Source: Octopus sinensis (Eukaryota). Taken from it: a DNA stretch of 64,000 nt. Both the position numbers and the translations under genes were made by a program. The stretch spans positions 18,972,001 through 19,036,000 of the forward strand of contig NC_043014.1 of the NCBI RefSeq assembly GCF_006345805.1. The letters are read 5' to 3'. Positions 53,245 to 64,000 of this stretch are shown one piece after another. Numbering within the stretch: position 1 is the first letter of the stretch; each line of letters begins with the position of its first letter. A model generated the notes under the pieces. It was given only the letters and a program-made list of their open reading frames with translations, made no database searches and was not told the DNA's origin.

Positions 53245-53553
53245 ATGTTTATAATAATAATAATATCCTTTATCTATCTATCTATCTATCTACCTATCTA
53301 TCTATATAAATGAATATATGTGTATGTGTGTGTGTGTGCGTGTGAGTGTGTTTGTGTACGTGTGTGTGTATGCATGTGTGTGTGTGTGTGTAATATGTAT
53401 ATACATATGTAACAGTTGATGAAGAAAATGGTTATAACCCAAATACAGCGAGCAAGAACAACATGCCATGGAAAGCCTGTATATCTAATGGGACACATCC
53501 CCTTCTTTATGCATGAACCTGATGTGACACAAACTGCACACATTGATGCATTA

Positions 53554-53668
<115 letters not shown>

Positions 53669-53669
53669 T

Positions 53670-53872
53670 ATACGTTTGTTTGTGTTTGTCCCCACCAACA
53701 TCGCTGGACAACCGATGGTGGTGTTTACGTTCCCGTAACTTAGCGGTTCGACAAAACAATCGATAAGTACTAAGCTTACAAAGAATAAGTTCTGGGGCCG
53801 ATTTCTTCGACAAAAAGACGGCGCTTCAGCATGGCCGCAGTCAAATAACTGAAACAAGTAAAAGAGTAAAGA

Positions 53873-53875
<3 letters not shown>
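53670..53875 (+). mobile_element. SINE family B 3' half
   Basis: gtttgtccccaccaacatcgct...cagcatggccgcagtcaaataactgaaacaagtaaaagag. Confidence 0.85.
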
Positions 53876-53910
<35 letters not shown>

Positions 53911-54256
53911 TCTTATATATACACGGAGAGAGAGAGAGAGAGAGAGTCAATGAACTTACATGCATAGTCTTTAATGAAGAACTGTACTACTTCATATACA
54001 TACTCACAAGGGTATGAAGTATGTTCCATCAATACCACACGAAATGGCACACATGCATCAAACAACCATCATTATACATGTGCTATGGAATGAATCACCA
54101 TTATTAAACAACGGACTTCTTTTGTCGTTATGCAATCCATGTATTTTATTATTTCATTATATTTCTTTTTACATATTCTTACAAAATACATCAGAATGGA
54201 ATGCATTACATGCTTGAAAACTCCATTGTAGTAGTAGTAGTAGTAGTAGTAGTAGC

Positions 54257-54287
<31 letters not shown>

Positions 54288-54523
54288 ACAGCAGCAGCAG
54301 TAGCAGAAGAAGAAGAAGCAGCGGTAGCGGCAGTAAAGCATGGAAAGTTGCGAAAACTGCGTGTTGCAGAGAAGATAATTAATGAGAAATATTTTCGTTA
54401 CCGAAAAATCACACAATAAGAGGAAACGAGATGACATGGAGCGAAAAGCGAAATCGAAATCCACAAACAATGTGATATATATGTGTACGTGCATGTATAT
54501 GCATACACACACACACACACACA

Positions 54524-54585
<62 letters not shown>

Positions 54586-54622
54586 GCATATATATGTATA
54601 TATATGTATGTCTACATTTATG

Positions 54623-54657
<35 letters not shown>

Positions 54658-55796
54658 ATATATATATATGTATATATATATGCATTCATATATATGTGTA
54701 TGTATATATATATATTCATATATATATATGTATATATTATATAAGTATATATAAATATTTGTATACATAAAAATATATATAATTGTGTGTATATATTATA
54801 TTTATAGATGTATATAAATGTTTAAATATACAGATATATCCATACATGCATCTATACATATGTACAAAAGAAATATTCTTCAACGCGCACATACGCACAC
54901 ACACATTTATAAACATATGTGCCTGTGTATATATATGTGTATACATGTGTATATGTGTACATCTGAGTAGATGAATAAATATACTACATGCAAAAAGACT
55001 AAATCTTAATCAGTAGAATATAATGATATCCAAAAACAACAAAAGCATCATTTTTAAAACTACTCTTGACTAGAATATCTAGTTCCAGCAGTTTCGGTGG
55101 GGATTTTTTTTTTCGTCGATTTGCAATTGGCATCGGATTAGATTCCCATCAAACATACTGGATACGATTTCGGAAGAAAAAAAAAGAAAAAAAATCAGTT
55201 GTTTGTGATCGATAGAAGTTGTGTTCCTCATTTGTTTCAGAATCCCAGGAGGAAATTGTATATAGATGGAAACGAGAGTGGTTTTTGATGCTTAAAAAAT
55301 CGTAAGACGAAATATATTGCAGAAAACCAGCTGCCATCTTGGCTGTGGTAGGCTTCAATTCTAACCGTGTTCTTAATCGAAGTAACGCTGGGTTTACATT
55401 AAGGTGTGCGCATAACGGTTTTATAGGTATAATTAACAAGATGCGTGGATATTGCTCCGAATGCATGAATATTTGTAGGCATATATTTATATGTATGGAA
55501 GCAGACAATCTTTTAACAATGGTTGTTATCCGTATGCTTCAACAATATATATTTGCCATATGTGAGAATAAAGGAATAGATATCATGGAAACATATACAC
55601 GCGCGCGTGTGTGTGTCTGTGTGTGTGCGTGTCTATGTTGATATATATATTCGTAAAAATAGACCGTTCTTTTTATTCCTACCCATATACATCTATTTGT
55701 GTGTGTGTGTGTGTGTGTGTGTATTATATGCGGGCACTTTTCTATATTTATGCATACACATAAACATATATGCATACATATCTGCTTGTATGTACG

Positions 55797-55915
<119 letters not shown>

Positions 55916-56258
55916 TTATGTATGTACATATTTCTACATACACACATATATAGCGCTGCTACACACACTATCGTGAGATCGTGTTTTCAATTCCTAGACC
56001 GGGTTGTGCCGTGTGCTCTTGGAGGAAGCACTTCGTTTCAAGTTGCTCTGCGATTCTGACGCTTGGTTCACCGGGCACCTGTTCAGACGACGTCGATTTG
56101 ATGAAGAGAGTGAGCTAAGATGCGGCCGAAACATTTTACTACTATAAACAGGTCATTTTTGCAGATGGTTCGGCGAAAATCTGAACATACATACGTCGTT
56201 TCCGACTAGAGAATCCATCATATTTGTGTGCGTTTGTGTGTGTGTGTGTGTGTGTGTG

Positions 56259-56331
<73 letters not shown>

Positions 56332-56334
56332 TGC

Positions 56335-56525
56335 TTGCTACTGCGACGTGTATAATACTCAGCAGCTCTCGTTCCGGCTCTTTGCCTACCGAGTTCAAAT
56401 GGCGCCGCGATCAATCTTGTCTCTCATCGACAGGTCAATGAAATAAGGATGAATGGAGGTCGAGAAAATAAGGATGAATGGAGGTCGAGAAAATAAGGAT
56501 GAATGTAGCATTACTTCAAATTTAC
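56335..56525 (+). mobile_element. Degraded family A-like SINE with an internal 26-bp tandem duplication
   Basis: gagttcaaatggcgccg B-box region; aaataaggatgaatggaggtcgagaa repeated about 2.5 times at 56442-56505. Confidence 0.55.
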
Positions 56526-56719
56526 TGGCATTGTTACTTCAGCTGAATCAAATTCTTCTGGCAGTATAAGTGTTTAAGTTGTATAACTGCCGAAAAGAAA
56601 AGGACAGAAAAACAGATAGAAAAAGGAAAGAAAAAAGAAAAGGGGAAAGATGAAGAATATATAATCAAAGTTTTGTATGAATTTCATGAAATTCTCCTGT
56701 CACTTTACTCATTTATCCT

Positions 56720-56967
56720 GGGCGAATGCTAATAACCCCCAAACATATTTCTCCTCATGCATTTTGTGTATTGAAAGTGTAGCAGTTTCAGAATATTTTC
56801 TGTTTTCAAATTGCAGCCGTTTGAAGCAAAAATGTTCAGCAAGTTCTGTCGAACTACTGTTATTGTGCCTGACGTCATATCTGTGCTCTTTAAATCTTTT
56901 GTTTAATTGTTGTGTTGTACAAGCAGCAGAAATCAAGTTGAGTTTCGTGCATTATGCTGCGTACAAC
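56720..56967 (-). pseudogene. Penelope-type GIY-YIG endonuclease remnant
   Basis: In-frame LYAA*CTKLNLISAACTTQQLNKRFKEHRYDVRHNNSSSTELAEHF matches the PLE pattern VIY..C..C...YIGQT...L..RF.EH...LA.HF; motif residues are decayed. Confidence 0.7.
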
Positions 56968-57189
56968 AAAAAAGGAATCTCTACATGTCCCACCTTCTGT
57001 ATAAATCATAACTATTCTGCTTGGTATGACTCTCACGAGATTTTCTTATGTTTTTTTTTTTATAGACGCTAGGGATATATGTGTATGTAGGCATACATGT
57101 GCGTGTGAGTATGTGTTAGTGTAATTTCATCATAAATTTCCAATTTGTGCCAAAAATATATTACTGCGTGTAAAATTATCAAAGACACA

Positions 57190-57350
57190 TGCCGGCATTG
57201 CTATGTATTAAAAAAACTTGCTTCACAAACACATGGTTCCAAGTTCAGTCCTACTGCATGGCACTTTGTGTAAGTGTGTTCTAATATAGCCTCGAGCCGA
57301 CCAAAGCCTTATGAGTGGATTTGGTAGTCGGAAACTGAAAGAAGCTCGTC

Positions 57351-57384
<34 letters not shown>

Positions 57385-57592
57385 GTGTGTGCTTGTGTTT
57401 TGTGTCTGTCTTTTGTCCCCTCCCACCACTTGACACATGGTGCTAGTGTGTTTACGTCCCTGTAACTTAGCGACCGATAAAATAAGTACTAATCCTAAGT
57501 CCTAGAGTCGATTTGTTCGGCTAAAATCTTTCGAGGTAGTGCACCAGCATGGCCACTGTGTAATTACTGAAACAAGTGAAAGATAAAAGATA
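57190..57592 (+). mobile_element. SINE family B
   Basis: cacatggttccaagttcagtcc...gccgaccaaagcctt...(TA)n...ccagcatggccac. Confidence 0.85.
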
Positions 57593-58064
57593 TTAAATTC
57601 TGCAGTTTTATTCGGGTAGTCCTTCACTCAACTCCATCGGCACATAATATGAAATAAGACATACATTTTAGGGTCTGACGACATAATTAATAGGTTGCTT
57701 TCTACATCAGGGCCACGTCATTCGAAATTTCAGTGAAGGTACTCGGCTTGGGTTGGTGAGATAACATTAGCTGTGTTGGTAAATCGAGACTCGTTGCAGA
57801 ATGATACTTCTCCGCGAAGCAGAGATCAAAGCACTTTGACGCCTTCTAACATGTCTATGGCTTCATTCACACTGGCATGAGATTTAGGTTGCTTCCCTGT
57901 ATATGTATGCAAGTACACAAACATATAGGTATACAAGCACGCGCGCGCACACACAACACCACCACACATATAAACAGGTATATATATATATATATATATA
58001 TATGATTATATATATACATATATATATATGTGTATATATATCTGTATGATTATATATATATGTA

Positions 58065-58928
58065 CGTGATCTGATCAATAAGTATCCGGATTTTTTCCAT
58101 AGTAGCAAAGCTAAAGGATGTAGAATAAAGCAACTTGGCACAAATTGACCATGAACTCTGCTGTGCATGCACACTAAGGTTTAACAGTCTAGCTCACTTC
58201 CGCTCTTTACAGTAGTGCTTGGAAGGAAGGTGTGTAGCGTGTGATCGCTGCATTGACCATGACAATGGAAGATGAACAGAGAATCTGCATCAAATTTTGC
58301 CAAAAGCTTGGCAATACCTGATCACAGACCTACGCAAAGTTTTCAAAAATTTTTCATTATTCTAGACGCAGTCAAGGAGATCTTGCACAACTGAAACCCG
58401 AGCGTCTCTTTGGTTAGCTGAAAGTAGTTTTAGTACCCAAATCTCCAGTACTAATGCACTGAACTGAACCGTAACTAATCTGTACACCCTCTGATAACTC
58501 ATGGATGGTGATTCGTGGATTTTCCTCATAGCTGTGTGTACATTTGCGATATATTTCTCAGTTCTGCTTGTTGCAGGTCTCCAAGAACGTTCGTCAATAT
58601 TGACATTTTTTCGGCCACCTAAGACACAAATGAACTACTCATACACTTGTGTGTGGCTCATACACTCCTCTGCATTTTCTGTAACTTTGCGTAGGCCTCT
58701 GAGCACGTATCGCCATGACAACTTATTCTGTCATGGTCAATGCGACGTTCACACCCTACACAACTTCCTTCCAAGCACTGCAGTAAACAACGGAAGTGAG
58801 CTAGGACGTTAAAACTTAGTATGCATGCACAGCAGAGTTGCAGGTCAATCTGTGCTAAGCGGCTTTACTCTGCGTATTTTAGCTTTCTTACTATGGCAAT
58901 AGTCCGGATGCTTATTGATCAGACCTCG
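58065..58928. mobile_element. Non-autonomous mariner element built from two inward-facing 5' ends
   Basis: TIRs cgtgatctgatcaataagtatccgga / tccggatgcttattgatcagacctcg with TA flanks; plus arm encodes MTMEDEQRICIKFCQKLGNT*, minus arm encodes MSHTQVYE*F...DERSWRPATSRTE.../RITIHELSEGVQISYGSVQCI. Confidence 0.85.
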
Positions 58929-59424
58929 TATATACATATATATATATATATATATGCACTAACATTCCACATTTTATTATTGTGGAAAAAAATGGAGGAT
59001 CAAAATAAACCAATTAGCCAAATTACAAAAGGAGAAAACAGATCAACAAAAGAATTCTGGTGATATAAGATGATATAACACAGAATGGTTAAAAAAATAC
59101 GAAGTAACCTAAACAATGAAGACAATATGTAGTGAATAATTTAGTATGTGACATGTAAGCCAGAATTTAGGTTATTATTCTCCGATGATACAGTTACGCA
59201 CAGAAACACACACTCAGCCACACACACATATATATACATACATGCGCATATGTGTGTGTGTGTGTACATATGTGTGTGAGCGTTGATTTAATGTGTGTAT
59301 GAGTAATATATACCAAATATAGTTTAAATCAATAAAAGAATTTGTGAATATGCATATATAAACACGAGCATACGCATGCACCTTCCTACACTCGCATGTA
59401 CACACACACGCGCCCACATTTATA

Positions 59425-60565
59425 TAAGGGTAATTCAAAATGTAACCCCACTTTCGCCAAAACCTTCCTTAGGTTGGCCGTACTGCTTCCAGCGATCGCA
59501 TGCTAAAATGTGCTTCTCTTATGTTAGCTTAAACGTGGTTTGATTCTGATCGAAGCAGTTTTCTTGTTTTTTTGGGGGGGTTCTTTTTTTTGTGTGTGTT
59601 ACCGAGTAAACATTGCCGCTCTGCTCTCAGTGTGTAACGAGGGGGAAGACAGATCAGTGAACCGATTTCTATGGTGACTAAGGAGATGAAATTATCACAG
59701 GATTTCAGTACAATACGAGAACACCGTTCTACCGCGTAGTACTAAGCATGAGTGTAATGAGAAGCTTAACAATGACCGGATGAGTGAGAAGGACGAACAG
59801 CGAGCAGAACGCTCGTCAACTTCTGCCTCTGGCGTAAAAATTCAATAAGTTCGAGATTAACCACCAACTAGTAGACATGTTCTCTCTGCAAATTATTTAT
59901 AATACTGCATACGAAGTCATCTATGACAAGCTTTGCTTCTGTGAAGTCTGTGGGTAATGAGTGCCAAGCGAGCTTTCCGGAGCGCATAAGTACAATTGAG
60001 TTGAGATCTGTCAATGCTTACACGGCCGCTGCATCGATGAAGGTGAAGCTTATTTTGAAGAGAATAGTTGTAGAATATGAGATATGGGCCCATCACATTC
60101 AGCCAGAATCTAAAAGGCATAGTATCGAGTGGAAACACATGGAATGGCCAGTGGAAAATAAATTCAAGGAAAAAATTCAACCGTCCGCAGAAAACATAAT
60201 GCAGCCTGTTTTGGAGATGGAAAAAGCCTATAATGGAACATTAGCTGGAAAAGGCGTCTACACTCACCAATGCATGCGACAATGAAATACTGGCCAAAGA
60301 ACTAAATCCAGCCTTTCGTAGCAAACGCAGACGTGTATTGTGAAATCAAGTATTAGTTTTCCACGACAATGTATTCCCGCCTACAGCCGCCTACACCGTT
60401 GAAACCATTGGAAAACTAGGCTATTAGTTGCTGGCATACAGGCCGAATTTTGCCTTTTCTATCTAACACCTCTTTGGACGACTCAGACTTTTTTTACAAT
60501 GTTGTCGATTTACTGCGGACGAAGAAGCGTAGGAATTGATGAACAAATGGTTGCGCGACGACCTC
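59425..60565 (+). mobile_element. Degenerate mariner transposon (DD34D-type transposase pseudogene)
   Basis: LKRIVVEYEIWAHHIQPESKRHSIEWKH...QPSA, LVFHDNV, YRPNFAFSI*HLFGRL correspond to IVTGDETW, HDNA and YSPDLAPSDFHLFGPL; many stops; right TIR not seen. Confidence 0.85.
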
Positions 60566-60643
60566 GTTCATAAATATAAACAAAGTAACATTTGTTATTC
60601 ATAAGCACCGAAATATATATATAGATAAAAGATTTTGTTTTTA

Positions 60644-60922
<279 letters not shown>

Positions 60923-60924
60923 AC

Positions 60925-61220
60925 CCCCTTCGGTAAATAAATATCCATAGGATTGCACGTAGAAATTTCCACAAATCTTGGCAAGAGTATTTATGGAAGA
61001 CCAGCAGTCACTCATGCATGCCACTTTCCCCTCTCCACACCACTGATGTTATCAAAGGAAAAGGCAAAGACCGATACATCTTGGCACCAGTGACGTCGCA
61101 ACACATTTCTACAGTTGAGTGAACTAGACTGACATGAAATAAAGTTCCAGACCATTCCAGGAATCTAACTTACAACCTCACAACTGTAAGCCCGACCCTC
61201 TAACCACCGAAACATGTGTC
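60925..61220 (-). mobile_element. tRNA-derived SINE family C, degraded
   Basis: Reverse complement matches 62438-62740 (cttggcaccagtgacgtcgcaac..catttctacag.tgagtgaact). Confidence 0.75.
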
Positions 61221-62151
61221 TATATATATATACACGCGCGCCTACACGTAGGTACCTATTCGGTACTAAGAAATTTTCCTCGTTTGATATTAACCACCAA
61301 TATTAATGTAAATTAATTATAAATAAATTCACGTATCAGGAGCAGGCGTAGAATAAGAAAGCCTAACTGCTGCCAAATACAAAATATACGTCTAGTCAAT
61401 GGTAATTACTTCTAAAAGTTCCTTCCATTTAGCTCCATCCACTTCGAACATTGATCAGAAAGGGCATATATTACGTGGAATTAATAGCAAATTCATTGAA
61501 TTATGGATAATACTAAAATGACTATACTTTCAGTAGTTCAATAAGCGATTAAATCCTCGCTGCGCGATTCATATTTGGAATTTATAAAGAAAGATGCCGT
61601 CTACATTAGTATGTGTTGTCTTATAGGCTAGACTAATCTTTATACACAATCAAACTCATTATTCAATTTATGCATTCGTATCTTATATTATATCTAAACA
61701 TTAAAATATTGAACAAGCAAAGCAAATACTTTTCTGCTTCTCCACACAATCGACACTAACTAAATATTATACACACGTTTTACCAACAGTCTTAAAATAA
61801 CACATTTTTAAAATAGCACAACTTGAAAATAACATAACGGTAGGATTGCTTCCTTTTAACTATAACTCACCTAGCGTATTGCAAAAAAACGTAAATGTCT
61901 ATTGAGGTATATAAGAAAATATTTCCGCAACAATTCTTTTCAATACAACTATAGATACATTCCATAAATTTACACATAACTGGTCGAATGAATATTTATG
62001 TTGAAAACTATGGATTTCATATTCACTCGTCACCAGCTATTCCTCCAACAACAAATGACAATCAGCTTTTACAAATTTAAAACACAATTACTCACGCTAT
62101 AACAGTAATTTTAACACATAAACATAAATTCCTACTATGTTTATATGTTGG

Positions 62152-62795
62152 TGTAGGCGTGAGTGTGTGGTAAGTAGCTACCTTCCCAACGACATAGTTT
62201 CGGATTCAGCCCCACTACACCGCAATTCAGGCTGGTGTTTTCTTCCACAGCTCCACGCCGACCAAAAGCTTTAGGATTGGGTAGGTGGAAACTGAAAGAA
62301 GCCCATCGTATATACATGTGTATCTACATGTGTGTCTTTATGTTTGTGTTTGTTCCTTACTGCCGCTAGGCAACCGGTATTAATTTGCTTTCGTCTCCGT
62401 AGCAGTTTAGAAAAAGAGCCCGATATAATAAGTACCAGGTTAGAGAGTCAAGCTTACGATCGTGAGGTTGTAAGTTCGAATCCTGGACCGGGCTGCGTGT
62501 TGTCTTCTTGAGTAAGGCACTTTATTTCACGTTGTTCCAGTTCACTCAGCTGTAGAAATGAGTTGCGACATCACAGGTGCCAAGCTGTATCGGCTGTTGC
62601 CTTTCCCTTGGATAACACTGGTAGCGTGGAGAGGGGAGGCCGGTATGCATGGGCGATTGCTGGTCTTTCATAAACAACCTTGCTCGGACTTGTGCCTGCG
62701 AGGGTAACTTTCTAGGTGCAATTCCACGGTCATTCATAAAGAGTAGAACTATTTGAGTCAACCCTTCAAGGCAGTGCCTCAATATGGCAACATAC
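62152..62795 (+). mobile_element. SINE family B interrupted by a family C copy
   Basis: Family B head and body to aataagtaccaggtt (62440); the tail resumes at acccttcaaggcagtgcctcaatatggc. Confidence 0.7.
62438..62740 (+). mobile_element. tRNA-derived SINE family C, slightly 5'-truncated
   Basis: B box aagttcgaatcc, gtgttgtcttcttgagtaaggcactttatttcacg block; homologue at 60925-61220. Confidence 0.8.
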
Positions 62796-63702
62796 CATAC
62801 ATATATATATATATATATATGCACATACGCACATCCATATACAACAGCGTGTTTGTGTATGTTTGCATCTACCACTATGTAACTGATAAAGAGATAGATA
62901 GATAGCTAAATTCAGAACGCACATAAACACGTTCTGAAAGACCGTACAACAATAGAACCTACACCTGAAAGCTTTTAGAAGAAAAATTATACTGCGAGTA
63001 GTAATACTACTTTATTTCGAAATAGAATAAAGAGAAAGTACTGGATACGAAATTCTCTGTGAATATGGCTTCCCAAGTGTTAAGCCTAAGCAAATTATGC
63101 TACGATAGATAGATAGCTAAATGCGTGATTGCATAAGGTAGGTGAATAGATTTAAACCAACTTAGATGTTAACCTAAAATCATGATATCTCTTTACTTTA
63201 TACCACATAATATTACATTTATGCATTCATTCATACAAACATATTTTATAACTGACTTCTTTTCCTTTATATTTCGCTAGAAAATAATTGATAGTGAATT
63301 TCAAGGAAATTTTTACGTGAAGCACGAAATAAATGATAATGCATTTAATATTGTTCAATACACATACACACACATATATATGTATATGCATATGTAAATG
63401 TATATATGTGTGTTTTTGTACGTATGTATATATATATATATATATATAGATAGATAGATAGATAGATACACACATATACGCACGCACGTTTCAAGTGCTT
63501 TAAAATACTCTGTACTTTGCTGTTTTTTCCTGTCGACAATTTTCCTTTCGCTGTTATTTACTTTAAGAGGCTATTTCTTCTTCCCTCTCTATTTCACTCT
63601 ATTTCACAAAAAAAAAAAAAATTATTCCCATTCTCTCATTCAACTTATATTTCTTCTACTACTCTTTCTTTCTAACTCTGTCTCTCCGCATCCTTATTTC
63701 GC

Positions 63703-63753
<51 letters not shown>

Positions 63754-63868
63754 AGCTTTATTTTTTTCCTGCCGCCATTATTTCCCTTTTTTGAATTTTA
63801 ACCTCTCTCTATTAAACTAAAGATCAGGAATAATTTTCTGGTTGATTTTCACGTTCACTTTTTATTAA

Positions 63869-63869
<1 letters not shown>

Positions 63870-63912
<43 letters not shown>

Positions 63913-63965
63913 TATTATTATCATTATCACTATTATTATTATTATCATTATTATTATTATTATCA

Positions 63966-63998
<33 letters not shown>

Positions 63999-64000
63999 TA
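63870..64000. repeat. (TTA)n microsatellite running off the window
   Basis: Direct reading. Confidence 0.95.

Noticed and set aside
54227-54335. Poly-V/A/E ORF
   Set aside because: It is a compound (GTA)(GCA)(GAA) microsatellite.

Overview
AT-rich, microsatellite-saturated animal intergenic or intronic DNA. The SINE families resemble those I recall from Octopus, so a cephalopod host is inferred but not proven. I find no intact protein-coding gene: nearly all ORF-track entries are translations of (TA)n, (CA)n, (TATC)n or (TAA)n repeats. The window is a mosaic of mobile elements: at least five tRNA-derived SINE families, four Tc1/mariner derivatives, six R4/Dong-type LINE 3' fragments lodged in (TAA)n arrays, an RTE-like remnant with a C2H2 finger and a Penelope GIY-YIG remnant. 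The most interesting signal is a set of (TA)n-embedded, Penelope pLTR/retrozyme-like elements carrying hammerhead ribozyme motifs. These are a near-identical 558-bp tandem array with an inverted partial copy (13.5-15.5 kb), a two-copy family with a long stem II (15.5 and 30.7 kb), and two elements with a non-canonical UCGANGA core (2.6 and 47.1 kb). Boundaries of degraded repeats were read by eye and are approximate.
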